The position numbers were made by a program, and so were the translations under genes. Shown piece by piece: positions 10,760 to 21,810 of a stretch of DNA of 64,000 bases. How positions within the stretch are numbered: position 1 is the stretch's first letter; the number at the start of each line of letters is the position of its first letter. The DNA is taken from contig CAWFGE010000022.1 in assembly GCA_963815195.1 (NCBI GenBank), forward strand, positions 192,001 to 256,000, given 5' to 3'. The stretch comes from an uncultured Planctomycetaceae bacterium. Lineage in GTDB: Bacteria; Planctomycetota; Planctomycetia; Planctomycetales; Planctomycetaceae. The notes beneath the pieces are model-generated. The model searched no databases, was not told the DNA's origin, and was given only the letters and a program-made list of their open reading frames with translations.

Positions 10760-11583
10760 GGTAGATTATTCCGGGACACGATCAAAGACATGTCGCCATT
10801 GCGAAACTGCACAAAATCGTCCAAACGCGTAATCTTCTTCGGTTTTCCGTCAGCATCTTTGACGACGATTTTTCCGAAGTTCATCCAGTAATCATCGAAC
10901 CATTCCTCACCCAGCTTACTAAACATTCCTGTGCCGTCCAAGATGTCTTGAATCCGTCTAATGCTGCCGATGTTTTCGGTATTCCCTGAGCCACCTTTGT
11001 CCCCTGCGATTTGCCATTTCTCAGCCACAAAAAACTGAATGTTGGAAATCACCGAAGTGATCGAATGCAAATGATCCAGGGAATAAGCCTTCGTTTCATC
11101 GATTGTCGCGTTTTCCGCGCGATCATAGATAATTCCCAGGCAAAAATGACCGGCATAAGAACCGTAGGGGAATTGGATGTTTTTCGTGCTGGTCCGATCC
11201 TGAAAATACTTGCCATGAGAACCCAGCGTGAATCCATTACACAGCCAAGGCTTGGAGGGAAGACGATAGGTGGTTTTGAAATCCACGGCGAACTTGACCG
11301 ATTCATCGTTGGCCAAAACGAAAGAGATATCGGGATAATAGTTTTGGTGATCCGCCAAAACCAGCCGATAGCCATGCTGTTCCGCGAATTGGCGAATTCG
11401 CGGAAAAAGATGAATCTCTAATATCTTTGAGACGATCTTCGTGTCGGAAGAGATTGTGTAAACGTTGCGGCAGGTGTCGATAAACCCCTTCACGGTCCAT
11501 TGCCCATCATCGGTGCTGACATGCTCATTCAGGTTTGCCGCCAATTCGGTCAGAGCAATCATAAAATCCTGTTTGTCGGGCAT
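10756..11583 (-). CDS. EcoRV-like type II restriction endonuclease
   Basis: SDTKIVS, QNYYPD...AVDFKTTY (PD-DxK), [30 protein letters not shown] align by eye with EcoRV; 4-bp overlap with the MTase gene. Confidence 0.9.
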   Translation of the reverse strand: MPDKQDFMIALTELAANLNEHVSTDDGQWTVKGFIDTCRNVYTISSDTKIVSKILEIHLFPRIRQFAEQHGYRLVLADHQNYYPDISFVLANDESVKFAVDFKTTYRLPSKPWLCNGFTLGSHGKYFQDRTSTKNIQFPYGSYAGHFCLGIIYDRAENATIDETKAYSLDHLHSITSVISNIQFFVAEKWQIAGDKGGSGNTENIGSIRRIQDILDGTGMFSKLGEEWFDDYWMNFGKIVVKDADGKPKKITRLDDFVQFRNGDMSLIVSRNNLP

Positions 11584-11641
11584 GGACGAAGACTTTCTAT
11601 TCCAAATGATACGACTTTCCCGAAATCGTTGGACCCCCAAG

Positions 11642-12776
11642 TCAGTTCTCCAACAGCGGCCTGAGGGCTTTTTCGAACGCCTCGGCTTGGCGCATGAAGC
11701 CCAAGTCTGTCGGGTGGGAGCTGTCCACAGTGGCTTCGCCGTCGTCGCCTAGGAGTTGGTCGCCGGGGAGGTACGAGAGTTGTTTGACGCCGGCTTTTTG
11801 CAGACGTTCGTAGGCGGCCTTAAAGGCGGCGCGGCTGGTGTCGTTGCGGTCTTGCTTCGCGGGGATCAAAAATGAATTGGCGTAGGTGCGGTCTTCCACG
11901 AATAGGATCGGCGTGTCGGGGCGAGCTTTGCGGAGGGTTTTCACCAAGGGTTCGGTGCGGGCGGCGACAACGTCCGCCGTCACGTTGGGCAGGCAGTCGA
12001 TGACAAATACGGCCGGGTCGAGTTCCGCCATCAGGTCGGCGACTTCCTGCTCCAGCCGGCCGTTGCCGGAGAAGCCCAGGTTGATGACCGGGCGATCGAG
12101 CCGGCGGCCGAGGATCGCGGTGTGCACCATGCCCGGCCGGGATGCGCAGCCGCCCTGCGTGATCGAGGTGCCGTAAAACACGACCGGCTTTCGCCGGCTT
12201 TCGGGGCGGGGTTCTGACTTCTCCAGGTGAGCCTCCTTGGGCAGGCCGATTTCCACGGAAGCCACGCCGTTATAGAGCGGCAGATAGAGCAGATAGTCGC
12301 GCTTTGCCGCGGGAATGCCCGCGACCAGAGTCGCCGTGTTGGTTTGGGCGGTGGGTTGGCCGACGCCGAGCCACCGCCAGCCGTTGCCGGTTTTGACGTA
12401 GAGATCGAGCCCGCTCACGCCGGTGGCGGGCATGTGCGGCATGGCGAGGCGATCCGAAGTCAACGTCCAGCGGGCTTTGATCTCCGAGGCGTCCGTGGTG
12501 AACCGCACCATCAAACCCGCGGAATGCCGGCTGAGGCTCCACACCGCCGAGCGCACGGTCTTCTCGGCTTTGGCGGGCAGGCGGTCGAACGGGGCTTTGA
12601 GGTCCGTCCAACCTTGGCCTTCCACATCCGCCACTCGGACATCGTACCAGCGCCACATTTTGCTTTTCGTCCCAGGTGCCCTGGGCGGGATCGATCTTTT
12701 CGCCTGCGAAGGAAAACGTGGAGATGAGTCCCACACAAACGGCAGACCAACAACAAGCACGATTGTAACTCCACAT
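11642..12776 (-). CDS. SGNH/GDSL hydrolase with signal peptide; apparent frameshift at ~12654
   Basis: FYGTSITQG, INLGFSGNG, DSSHPTDLG; signal peptide (VCVGLISTFSFAGEK) lies in a different frame and joins at NV/RWYD. Confidence 0.85.
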
Positions 12777-12884
12777 GCTTTTGCCTTTCACTCTACGGTA
12801 GGTTGGCTCGGCTTCTGAGCTTTTGAATATCCGGAGAATCATCGGGCTCACGCGGGCGGCGACCGAAGGTTGGTCTGCTCGCCT

Positions 12885-13814
12885 TTAGCGAGTCAGATCT
12901 TTCCACAGCTTGGGAGCGTAACCGGCGATCATGCCGACGCACAAGCCCGCCGCGTGCGCTGTGTTGGCGATTCCTCCGATGAAGCCCACCGTGCACGCGG
13001 CCATATACAGCAGCATCAGCATCACCAGGCTACGCGGCATGTAGAAACCCGATTCGGGCGCATATAGGCTTTGCATCCAGACATAGCCGAACAGCCCGAA
13101 CACGACGCCCGACATCCCCCCGAAAGCCGGCCCGGACATCATCGCCTGGGCCGTGTTGGAAATCCCCGAAATCGCCAGCACCAAGGCGAGGTATTTCCAT
13201 TTTCCCCGCCGGGCTTCGACCGAGCCCCCCAAATCCCAGAGCCACATCATATTGAACAGCAGATGGAGCGGCGTGAAGTGCAAAAACATCGGCGTGAACA
13301 ACCGCCAGACTTGCCCATGCAAAATCGCAGCGTATTTTCGGGCATTCACTTCGGCGACCAAGTCGCCAGGATGATAGGGAGCAAAAGACAGCCAGACGAG
13401 AGCCGGGTCATACTTGCTGCCAAAATTGAATGGGTCGCTGGGAGAGGTCGTGGCGATCACGGCGGCGATGGAAATCACGACCAGCGTGATCGTCACGGGG
13501 CAGCGCTGGAGATTCGACTGATTCCAGGTCTCGTTCGCCCGCACGACTTTCTTTTTGACCTCGCGGTGCTTTTTGATTTCCCGCGCACGAAGGGCGTCCG
13601 CCGCGGCTTTGGCATTGACATATTTGTCGGCGTTGGGATTCTCGCGAAACTGTTCGAGTTCCGTCTTGGCCTGCGTGACCTGATCTTCTTCGAGCACCCA
13701 CACGACCCAAGCCGAATCGTCGGCTTCGATGTTCGTGCGAATGTCCCGCGTCAGCACGTAGTCCGCAAACTTCCGCGCCTCGGTCTCGCTGGGCAAGGTT
13801 CCAATCTGTCGCAT
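12885..13814 (-). CDS. Rhomboid family intramembrane serine protease (GlpG-like)
   Basis: WRLFTPMFLH, HLLFNM, FGGMSGVVFG (GxS), ANTAHAAG. Confidence 0.92.
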   Translation of the reverse strand: MRQIGTLPSETEARKFADYVLTRDIRTNIEADDSAWVVWVLEEDQVTQAKTELEQFRENPNADKYVNAKAAADALRAREIKKHREVKKKVVRANETWNQSNLQRCPVTITLVVISIAAVIATTSPSDPFNFGSKYDPALVWLSFAPYHPGDLVAEVNARKYAAILHGQVWRLFTPMFLHFTPLHLLFNMMWLWDLGGSVEARRGKWKYLALVLAISGISNTAQAMMSGPAFGGMSGVVFGLFGYVWMQSLYAPESGFYMPRSLVMLMLLYMAACTVGFIGGIANTAHAAGLCVGMIAGYAPKLWKDLTR

Positions 13815-13884
13815 AGGTGTTCTTGCTTTCCGATTGATTCGTTATGAACTCCGACGACAAGTCGTCGGCTTGGGCGATCCTGAC

Positions 13885-14874
13885 TTAACTGTGCAGTTCG
13901 ACCAGGTCGCGGTCGGCAAGGACATGGCCTGAGCCGACGCTTTGGCCGTCGCGGGCGCTCTCGCCCCAGACCTTCGCGTATTTTAGCGAATCGACCAGAT
14001 CGCGGTGAACTTTATACGCCAGGTCCTCCACCGTGCCGCCGCGGGGGATGGTAAACGGATCTTTGTAGTCGGCCGGCTTGCCGGGGGCTTTGGTGTAAAC
14101 GCGAATCACGTCGAGCGCGTTATAAAAACAATTCCGCAGGGCTTCGCGGGAGTCTTCGCGGCCGAACTCCACCTGCTGGATGGGGAAGGGAATCTCCAAG
14201 AGTTCGCGAAACAGATCCAGGCGGATCTCAGAGCCCGGATCATCCGCCCGCGTGACGACGAGGATCGTTTTGACCTTGACGACGGAAAAATCGTCTTCGG
14301 CGAAACCGCTCTCGGCGGCGAGTTGCGTTTTGCGGTTGGCGAGTTCCGTGAGGACCTCGGCAGTTTCTTCCGGGGCATCGTCCGAACTGCCGTTGAAGCA
14401 CAACGCGACCACATCCGCCGAGCGCACCATGTTGAGCACATAAGGTTCCAAATGCGCGGCCGACAGCGGCGGCGTGTCGATCAGCTGCACGCTGGCATCT
14501 TCCCAGGGCATCATGCCCGGCATCGGCTCGTGCGTGGTGAAGGGATAATCCGCGACCTGGGGCTCGGCGTTGGTGAGTTCGGCGAGCACCCGGCTCTTGC
14601 CGGAGTTCGGGGCGCCAATTAACACAATCGTGCCCGCCCCCTGCCGGGGAATCCGAAAGCTTCGTCCGGTTTTGGGGGCCGACTTTTCGGTGAGCGCTTC
14701 CTGCTTGGCTTCCTTCAGGCGGGTCTTAAGGTCGGCTTGCAGATGGTCGGTCCCCTTGTGCTTGGGGATCAGTTTGAGCATCTCCTGCAAGCACGCCACT
14801 TGCTCGTCCGCCGTCTGAGCGCGGCGGTACTCCGCTTCGGCTTTCAAATATTGAGGCGTCAAATTCGCCGGCAT
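13885..14874 (-). CDS. DRG-type (Obg superfamily) GTPase with C-terminal TGS domain
   Basis: IPKHKGT, GAPNSGKS, DYPFTT, DTP, RVYTKAPG...YAKVWG...DLVELH. Confidence 0.9.
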   Translation of the reverse strand: MPANLTPQYLKAEAEYRRAQTADEQVACLQEMLKLIPKHKGTDHLQADLKTRLKEAKQEALTEKSAPKTGRSFRIPRQGAGTIVLIGAPNSGKSRVLAELTNAEPQVADYPFTTHEPMPGMMPWEDASVQLIDTPPLSAAHLEPYVLNMVRSADVVALCFNGSSDDAPEETAEVLTELANRKTQLAAESGFAEDDFSVVKVKTILVVTRADDPGSEIRLDLFRELLEIPFPIQQVEFGREDSREALRNCFYNALDVIRVYTKAPGKPADYKDPFTIPRGGTVEDLAYKVHRDLVDSLKYAKVWGESARDGQSVGSGHVLADRDLVELHS

Positions 14875-15386
14875 ACCGTCCTCCGCGTATCAAATCGTGA
14901 CCCAGGTTCCCGCCCGCGGGGGAATGCGTCCTCCTGCTATTCGGCATGATAGAAGGTGTTTCCCCGCCTTGGCCAGTGCATCGGCGGGAAGCGACCGATC
15001 CGTTCCCGGGCGGAGAATGAAGGCCGTTGTTTGCAAATGCCACAATCACTGCCCAGGGGATAGGCACGACCCCGCCGGGGAAGAATAGTTTCCAGAACGG
15101 AATCCCCGACTCTTCCGATCAAGATAAATCGCGTAACCTTCTTGTGTTTATAGACTTGCGCTAAAAACCTCCTTAAAAACCTCTCCTGGAAAACCATTGG
15201 CATAGATTGTGCCATGCTTGGAATTTCGTCGGAATAAATCAAAATAAATCGATATTTCCCTTGAAAACCGTCCTTCAAAAGGGGACAGTGCCATTTATGG
15301 GTATTCTCCCTTAGTTCTGATCGCATTTCATCCTACGAGCCGGGCTTACACCTTTTTGCATCGCCACCAAAAATTGGAGACGATCG

Positions 15387-16373
15387 ATGCGCCGGAATTC
15401 ACTCGTGCGCCCAACGCGTGCCAATTCCCGTCACGGTTTCACTCTGATCGAGCTGCTGGTGGTGATCGCCATCATCGCGATTCTGATTGCCCTGCTGCTT
15501 CCCGCCGTGCAGCAAGCGCGGGAAGCGGCCCGGCGGTCGAGTTGCCGGAACAATCTCAAGCAAATCGGCTTGGCTCTGCAGAATCATCACGACGTTTATG
15601 GCTTTTTTCCGTCGGCCCACCAAATTGGAAAAACCTGGGACAGTTCCTATCAGCGGCAGGATCCGCCCCGCGGATACGCCTCCAACGGCTATCCGCAAGA
15701 TGGGGCTTATTTCAGTTGGATGTTTCGCATCGCTCCGTATTTGGATCAGGGCGTCATCTTCAAGCAAGCGAAAGTCTGTGCCAATAGCTCCTGCTGGCCT
15801 TGGTGGCAATACACGTCCGGCGGCCAGTGTCTGAACGGCATCCCGGTGAAAGTCTTTCAATGCCCCTCCGATGTCCGCGGGGATTTAATCCTCGACTACG
15901 GCAGCAACCAACGAGCGGCGATGACGTCCTACCTCGGCGTCAACGGGCTGAACCAGTTCCAGGAAGCCGGCGGCCAGAACGGCATGTTGTTCGTCAACTC
16001 GGGCGTTAAGTTTCGCGATGTCACCGACGGCAGCACGAATACCATTATGGTCGGCGAACGGCCCCCGACGCAGGACCTCGTCTACGGCTGGTGGTTCGCC
16101 GGGGCGGGAACGGCTCCGCGATTCGGCACTTCCGACGTCGTTCTCGGCATTGCGGAGCGGCAGCCCAGCCCCGCCTCCGCCGCGGAATATTACCGCCCCG
16201 GCGACATTCAAAATGCCAGCCACCAGTATCACTTCTGGAGTCTGCACGCGGGCGGAACGTTTTTCCTCCTGGCCGACGGCTCGGTGCATTTTATTTCCTA
16301 TAACGTGGGCCGAAACGTCATCCAGGCCCTCGCCACCCGCAACGGAAACGAAGCCGTCCAGTCGCCTTTCTGA
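15387..16373 (+). CDS. DUF1559 prepilin-type (N-methylation) protein
   Basis: [63 protein letters not shown]-x9-DG. Confidence 0.95.
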   Translation: MRRNSLVRPTRANSRHGFTLIELLVVIAIIAILIALLLPAVQQAREAARRSSCRNNLKQIGLALQNHHDVYGFFPSAHQIGKTWDSSYQRQDPPRGYASNGYPQDGAYFSWMFRIAPYLDQGVIFKQAKVCANSSCWPWWQYTSGGQCLNGIPVKVFQCPSDVRGDLILDYGSNQRAAMTSYLGVNGLNQFQEAGGQNGMLFVNSGVKFRDVTDGSTNTIMVGERPPTQDLVYGWWFAGAGTAPRFGTSDVVLGIAERQPSPASAAEYYRPGDIQNASHQYHFWSLHAGGTFFLLADGSVHFISYNVGRNVIQALATRNGNEAVQSPF

Positions 16374-16400
16374 TTTCGATCCTCAAAAAAGACTCTGCCG

Positions 16401-16541
16401 ATGATCCGCAATCTGCTCTTGGCCTTCGTTATGACGTGTGCCGCGTTGTCCCTCATCGGCTGCGGCGACAAGCAAACGGTAAAGAGCGCCAGCGAAAAAC
16501 CCACCGCCGACAGAGTCCCCCCACCCCCGCCGGGGGAGTAG
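16401..16541 (+). CDS. 46-aa lipoprotein (not in ORF track)
   Basis: MIRNLLLAFVMTCAALSLIG-CGDKQTVKSASEKPTADRVPPPPPGE*; lipobox LIGC; directly after the DUF1559 gene. Confidence 0.7.
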   Translation: MIRNLLLAFVMTCAALSLIGCGDKQTVKSASEKPTADRVPPPPPGE

Positions 16542-16872
16542 GCGTTAAAAGTTCCACTTGTCCGACCATTTCTTCCGGTGTGAGGCAATCGTGGATGAGA
16601 CAAAGATGTTGGATCAAACCGCCAATCGAACGCGAATCGGTTGGGCAAAAGACAATGCCAGAATGTGCGGTTCCTCCGGCGTCTAAAACCAACAGGTCGG
16701 AATCGTAAGTCACCAAGACGCGGGTATGCTGATTGGCGAAAGCGAGCTGATCTTCGTCCGTTGCACCAATTAGATTTGCATCGGTCGATGTGGTGACATC
16801 GATTCCCCGCAGCCGCAACCCCCGCGCAACGGCATGATCCACATTCTCATCCAGGTGGAAACGAATCGCCAT
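16453..16872 (-). CDS. DUF5615 PIN-like toxin (VapC45-type); true stop may be the TAA at ~16545
   Basis: RFHLDENV...GIDV...DEDQLAFA...VLVTYDSD...HSGIV; overlaps the upstream DUF433 gene. Confidence 0.85.
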   Translation of the reverse strand: MAIRFHLDENVDHAVARGLRLRGIDVTTSTDANLIGATDEDQLAFANQHTRVLVTYDSDLLVLDAGGTAHSGIVFCPTDSRSIGGLIQHLCLIHDCLTPEEMVGQVELLTPTPPAGVGGLCRRWVFRWRSLPFACRRSR

Positions 16873-17179
16873 TTCTTCGTTGCTTCTTTGCAAGAGGTCC
16901 CGGTTCACATCTTTGGCGAAGGTTCGCTATGCGCTCGGCGTCAGCCGCAAGTTCGGCGCGGATTTCCTCCAGGTGATCGAAACAATAGGCCAATGCGGCG
17001 AAGACTTGCGAAACCGTGAGATGTGGAAATGCGGCGACAATTTGTTCGGCGGATTCCCCACGCAGAACGTGATGCACGTAAATGTCCGAGATGCCGATTC
17101 GGGTCCCGGCAATGTAGGGTTTGTTCGCGCCGTGGCGAGTCGGACGAAGCTCAATATAATGGTCGAGTAGAGTGGTCAT
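16847..17179 (-). CDS. DUF433 antitoxin-like protein (VapB45-type)
   Basis: KPYIAGTRIGISDI...GESAEQIVAAFPHLTVSQVFAALAY. Confidence 0.9.
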   Translation of the reverse strand: MTTLLDHYIELRPTRHGANKPYIAGTRIGISDIYVHHVLRGESAEQIVAAFPHLTVSQVFAALAYCFDHLEEIRAELAADAERIANLRQRCEPGPLAKKQRRNGDSFPPG

Positions 17180-17234
17180 CTTTTCATTCTACCACGTTTG
17201 TTGAAGGGATCTACTAGAATTTGCGGCCTCCGAT

Positions 17235-18839
17235 TCACTCCCACTCGATTGTGCTGGGTGGTTTGGAGCTGATGTCGTACACCACGCGGTTGATGCCTCG
17301 CACCGTGTTGATGATCCGGGTCGAGATGCGGCCGAGGACTTCATAGGGCAGCGGATACCAGTCGGCGGTCATAAAGTCGTCCGTCTGCACGGCCCGGACG
17401 GCGAGGGTGTCTTCGTACGTCCTGGCATCGCCCATCACGCCCACGGTTTGCACGGGTAAGAGCACCGCGAAGGCTTGCTGCACGGCCCGGTACAGATTGG
17501 CTCGGCGGAGTTCTTCGATGACGATGGCGTCGGCTTCGCGGAGCGTGGCCAGCCGCTCTTCGGTGATTTCGCCGAGACACCGCACCGCCAAACCGGGGCC
17601 GGGAAACGGATGCCGCCAGACAAGTTTTTCGGGCAATCCAAGTTCCACCCCCATCCGGCGGACTTCATCTTTGAACAAATCCCGCAGAGGCTCGATGAGT
17701 TCAAACCCCAACTCCGCCGGCAGGCCTCCGACGTTGTGATGGGACTTGATCGTCGCCGCCGGCCCATCGGGGTTGGCTCCGCTTTCGATGACGTCGGGAT
17801 ACAGTGTCCCCTGGGCGAGGAAGCGGGCGTCGGGGATGGACTCGGCTTCTTTGCGGAAGACTTCGATAAACACCCGCCCGATGATCTGCCGTTTTTGCTG
17901 CGGATCGGTCACGCCTTCGAGCGCGTCCAAAAACCGGGACTTCGCATCGACGACATGCAGGTCGGTCTTGAAATGCTCGCCGAACTCCCGGCGGACTTCC
18001 TCGGCTTCGTTTTTTCGCAGAAGGCCGTTATCGACGAAGATGCAAGACAGCCGGGGGCCGATGGCTTTGAACAACAATGCCGCGGTGACGGAGGAATCCA
18101 CGCCGCCGGACAGTCCGCAGATCACCCGGTCGCCTGCCACACGTTCGCGGATGAGTTCCGTTTCGCGGGCGATGAGGGAGCTGATCCGCCACGTGCCTTG
18201 GCAGCCGCAGACGTGGGTCACGAAGTTCGAGAGAATCCGCCCGCCGTGCTCGGTGTGGGTGACTTCGGGATGGAATTGCAATCCATAAATCGGCCGGTCC
18301 CGGTGTTTGACCGCGGCGAACGGGCAGGTGTCGGTCTCCGCGAGGGAGAGGAAGGTGCCCGCCAGGTCTTCGACCTGATCGCCGTGGCTCATCCACACGG
18401 TGAGGTCGAGCGGGATGCCCTGGAACAAAACGTCGGAGTCGTGGGACCGGAGCGACGTCCGTCCGAACTCGCGGGAGCGGCCGGGCGTGACTTTGCTGCC
18501 CTGCGACAAGCACGCGAGCTGCATCCCGTAGCAGATGCCGAGGATCGGCACGTCCAGATCGAAAATCGCCGGGTCGGGATGCGGGGCGTTCTCGCCGTAG
18601 ACGCTGGCCGGTCCGCCGGAGAGAATCAGCCCTTTGGGGTGGAGTTCGCGAATGCGGTCCACGGACAAATCGTGCCGAACCAACTGGCAAAACACATTCT
18701 GCTCGCGAATCCGCCGGGCGATCAACTGGGCGGTTTGCGAACCGAAGTCTAAGACGAGAATCCGCTCTTCTTCGCGGGGAGTAACGGAGGAAGTCTCCGC
18801 GGCGTGTGTATTTGGGTCTGCCAAAACCGGTATCCTCAT
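17235..18839 (-). CDS. guaA: GMP synthase (glutamine-hydrolysing)
   Basis: [44 protein letters not shown]. Confidence 0.97.
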   Translation of the reverse strand: MRIPVLADPNTHAAETSSVTPREEERILVLDFGSQTAQLIARRIREQNVFCQLVRHDLSVDRIRELHPKGLILSGGPASVYGENAPHPDPAIFDLDVPILGICYGMQLACLSQGSKVTPGRSREFGRTSLRSHDSDVLFQGIPLDLTVWMSHGDQVEDLAGTFLSLAETDTCPFAAVKHRDRPIYGLQFHPEVTHTEHGGRILSNFVTHVCGCQGTWRISSLIARETELIRERVAGDRVICGLSGGVDSSVTAALLFKAIGPRLSCIFVDNGLLRKNEAEEVRREFGEHFKTDLHVVDAKSRFLDALEGVTDPQQKRQIIGRVFIEVFRKEAESIPDARFLAQGTLYPDVIESGANPDGPAATIKSHHNVGGLPAELGFELIEPLRDLFKDEVRRMGVELGLPEKLVWRHPFPGPGLAVRCLGEITEERLATLREADAIVIEELRRANLYRAVQQAFAVLLPVQTVGVMGDARTYEDTLAVRAVQTDDFMTADWYPLPYEVLGRISTRIINTVRGINRVVYDISSKPPSTIEWE

Positions 18840-19078
18840 AAGCAAGACCCCCGCCCGAAGCGCCGGGCGGGAAAGAAACCAAACCGCCAGTTTACCGCCA
18901 TCGCGCGCGAAGCAAAAGCGGCTTTCTGACAGAGGCCAAGGCGAGGGTTTTGCCGACCGAAACGCGAATCCGTCGGTCGAACTTGACCAGGCCTTTTTGA
19001 TATACTTTGGCTGTACGCCCACTTCGAGGGGAAATGGTCGTGTGAAAAAAGGGAATGCATCCTATCCGAGGGAAATTG

Positions 19079-19366
19079 ATGTTGCGGTTTAAGGCGGGAT
19101 ATAAATTCCTGGAAGATGGCGTTCATGCCCAAGTGCTGGATTTTCCGGCCGTCATCACCTGCGGCGCCGATGTCAGCGAGGCGCGGTGGTTGTTGGCGAT
19201 GGCTTTGGTGGATGTGGCCGAATCGTACTTGGAACTCGGACAATCCTTGCCGACTCCCGATCCGCAAATCTCCGATTCCGAAATGGACCTTGAGGAACCG
19301 ATTTATCTCCATCTCACCGCCAGCACGGATATCGACCAGAAACCCGCCGGAGTCATTGCCCCATAG
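19079..19366 (+). CDS. HicB-like antitoxin, no partner toxin gene adjacent
   Basis: GVHAQVLDFPAVITCGADVSEARWLLAMAL...GQSLPTP, the HicB partial RNase H-like fold pattern. Confidence 0.75.
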   Translation: MLRFKAGYKFLEDGVHAQVLDFPAVITCGADVSEARWLLAMALVDVAESYLELGQSLPTPDPQISDSEMDLEEPIYLHLTASTDIDQKPAGVIAP

Positions 19367-19373
19367 GAGCAAC

Positions 19374-20189
19374 TCAGCAATCGGCCGTCGACGGGCGGTT
19401 CCTGTACTCTTGGGTCAGCCCCGCGATGAGGCGGCGGGTGAGGACGGTCTGGTCTTCGCTCATCCCGGCGAGCAATGCCAATTCGCAGAGGCGATTGATT
19501 TCCCGCGGCACGCCGTCCGTGAGCCGTTGCAGTTGATCGATGGCCCCGGGCTCGAACTCGGCTTTCTTGTTGCCCGAGGCTTGCAGGCGGGTTTGGACGT
19601 AGGATTCCGTCTCCACACGTCCGAGCGGGCCGACTTCAATGCACAAATCGGCCAGCTCCAACAACTCTCCGACGGCTGGCGAACGTTTTGTCGAATCCAA
19701 CGCCGCAACGATGGCCACATTCGCCGACGATTGCTCGTGCCGATGAATCAGCCGCCGGATGGCCGTGACGGTGGAGTTCCCGGCCGCTTCCAGATTGTCG
19801 AAGAGCAACACGGTCTGGAGGCCCGAATCGGCGGTGGTTTCCAGGAAGTCGCACACCCGTCGCCAGCGGATCCCGAGCGAGTCGGTCTCGGTTCCGCCGA
19901 GCCGGAGTTGGATTTCCAGTTGCCGGAGAAATTGGTCGTCGGAGAGGCCCAGAAGATCGGCAACGGCGCAAAACCGCTGGGAGCGGCGGACGTGCCCGGC
20001 CAGAATCTCTAAGAGCTGCGACTTCCCGCAGCCGGCGGGTCCATAGAGCACGGCGAGGGCTTTGTCCTGCTCGATGCAGTACAGCAGCCGGGCCAGGGCT
20101 TCCTCGTGGACGGGACTTTCGTAGAATGTGCGCTCGCTCAACCGATTGGAAAACGGTGGAGAGGTAAAACCCCAATAGTGCTGGTCCAT
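19374..20189 (-). CDS. ExeA/GspA-like AAA ATPase
   Basis: YWGFTSPPF...HEEALARL, GPAGCGKS, LLFDN, YVQTRL, GVPREINRLCELAL. Confidence 0.88.
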   Translation of the reverse strand: MDQHYWGFTSPPFSNRLSERTFYESPVHEEALARLLYCIEQDKALAVLYGPAGCGKSQLLEILAGHVRRSQRFCAVADLLGLSDDQFLRQLEIQLRLGGTETDSLGIRWRRVCDFLETTADSGLQTVLLFDNLEAAGNSTVTAIRRLIHRHEQSSANVAIVAALDSTKRSPAVGELLELADLCIEVGPLGRVETESYVQTRLQASGNKKAEFEPGAIDQLQRLTDGVPREINRLCELALLAGMSEDQTVLTRRLIAGLTQEYRNRPSTADC

Positions 20190-20314
20190 TCGCTGCCCCC
20201 AATGCCGCGCACGCGCCAACCCGTCGGCCTGGCCTGTGGTGTTATCATCGGCAAGGCGTTATATGATCCATGAAGGAACCCGCGAACTTTCCGGCGAATA
20301 AAAGCCAAATCCTC

Positions 20315-21037
20315 ATGTCCGATCGATTTTACTGTGCTCCACTGCCGGTGGGAGAGACCGCCCGCTTGGAAGGAGCCGAAGCCCGGCATTTGTCGCGCGT
20401 GCTGCGGAAATCCGCGGGGGACGTGATCGAACTGTTCGACGGCCAGGGAACGTCGGCGACGGCCGAGATTTTGGCGGCCCACAAAAACGACGTGGAGTTA
20501 AAACTCCTCCAAACAAGCAGCACGGCTCCGCCGGAAAACCAGGTGATTCTGGCGACGGCGGTGCCCAAGGGCGATCGCTTTCGCTGGCTGGTGGAGAAAG
20601 CCGTCGAGCTGGATGTGGACCGTTTGATCCCGCTCCTCACCAAGCGAAGCGTTGTCAAACCGGGCCGAGGCAAACAGGACAAAATGGAGCAGGCCGTCAT
20701 CGAAGCCTGCAAACAATGCCGGCGGAATTGGCTGATGACGATCGAAGACCCCAAGCCCTGGACGGCGTTTTTGGAAGATGATCTAAAGACCGCGGACGCG
20801 GCGCTGCTGGCTCATCCCCGAGGAAAACTTTTGCGGGACGCGTTTCCGGCGCCGGCATTCTCCAAGCTGTTACTGATCGTCGGTCCGGAAGGCGGTTGGA
20901 CGGCGGAGGAAGTCGCGGAAGCCGAAGACGCCGGGGCGGTCCGCGTCAGCTTGGGAACGAACATTCTGCGGATCGAAACCGCCGCGATTGCACTTGCCTC
21001 ATACGCGCAGTTTCAACGGGGAACATCACCGTTCTGA
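20315..21037 (+). CDS. rsmE: 16S rRNA m3U1498 methyltransferase
   Basis: HLSRVLR, EKAVEL, EACKQC, VGPEGG, SLGTNILRIETA. Confidence 0.93.
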   Translation: MSDRFYCAPLPVGETARLEGAEARHLSRVLRKSAGDVIELFDGQGTSATAEILAAHKNDVELKLLQTSSTAPPENQVILATAVPKGDRFRWLVEKAVELDVDRLIPLLTKRSVVKPGRGKQDKMEQAVIEACKQCRRNWLMTIEDPKPWTAFLEDDLKTADAALLAHPRGKLLRDAFPAPAFSKLLLIVGPEGGWTAEEVAEAEDAGAVRVSLGTNILRIETAAIALASYAQFQRGTSPF

Positions 21038-21048
21038 TGGGGCCGGCT

Positions 21049-21810
21049 TTACGATTGAGCCCGGGCCTGGCGAAGAATGCGGTTGCCCAAGTCTTCCGCA
21101 AAAGGCAGCCGCGGCGGGGCGATGTTGACGCCGGCAGCCAGGCGTTCAAACTGCGTGAGGATAATTCGCCGGCGTTCGATCCGCAGTTGGCCTTCCTGCT
21201 GGAGTTCCCCCAACAGCACGGTGACCGTTTCGCGGGTGCTGCCGATGATGCTCGCCAGATCCTGATGCGACAATTTGATCGCGAGCGACACGCCTTCCAC
21301 GGTGGGCCGGCCGTATTTCTCGGCGAGTTCCAAGAGCAAATGCACCAACCGGTCGCGGTTCGAGCGAAACAGCAGCGACTTGAGCCGGCGCTCGATCCGC
21401 TTTCGTCTCAGCCCGATCAGCTTCGTCACGCCCAGCGAAACTTCGGGGTGAACTTCCATTAACCAGTGCATGTCCTCGCGGGGAATCAAGACCACTCGGC
21501 TGGCTTCCATCGCTTCGGCGAATTCCTCGCGCGGCGTGCCTCGCGGCTCGAACAGCCCTAACTCCCCGAACAATTCGCCCGGATCGATCAGCGTCAAAAC
21601 GGCCTGCTTGCCCTCCCCCGTGATGTGGTAAATCTTCACCCGCCCCGCGCTCAACAGCAGCACCGAGTCGGACTGGTCGGAAGGCAAATAAATCATGCTG
21701 CCGCGCTTGAATTCCCGAACTTTCGCCCGGGATTCCAGGCGTTGTGTTTGTTCCGGCGTGAGCCGTTCAAACAGATCGCAGCTTTTCAGATACCAAAATC
21801 TGTCATCCAT
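21049..21810 (-). CDS. Crp/Fnr family transcriptional regulator
   Basis: GRVKIY, PGELFGE cNMP-like domain; LSHQDLASIIGSTRETVT HTH. Confidence 0.92.
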   Translation of the reverse strand: MDDRFWYLKSCDLFERLTPEQTQRLESRAKVREFKRGSMIYLPSDQSDSVLLLSAGRVKIYHITGEGKQAVLTLIDPGELFGELGLFEPRGTPREEFAEAMEASRVVLIPREDMHWLMEVHPEVSLGVTKLIGLRRKRIERRLKSLLFRSNRDRLVHLLLELAEKYGRPTVEGVSLAIKLSHQDLASIIGSTRETVTVLLGELQQEGQLRIERRRIILTQFERLAAGVNIAPPRLPFAEDLGNRILRQARAQS

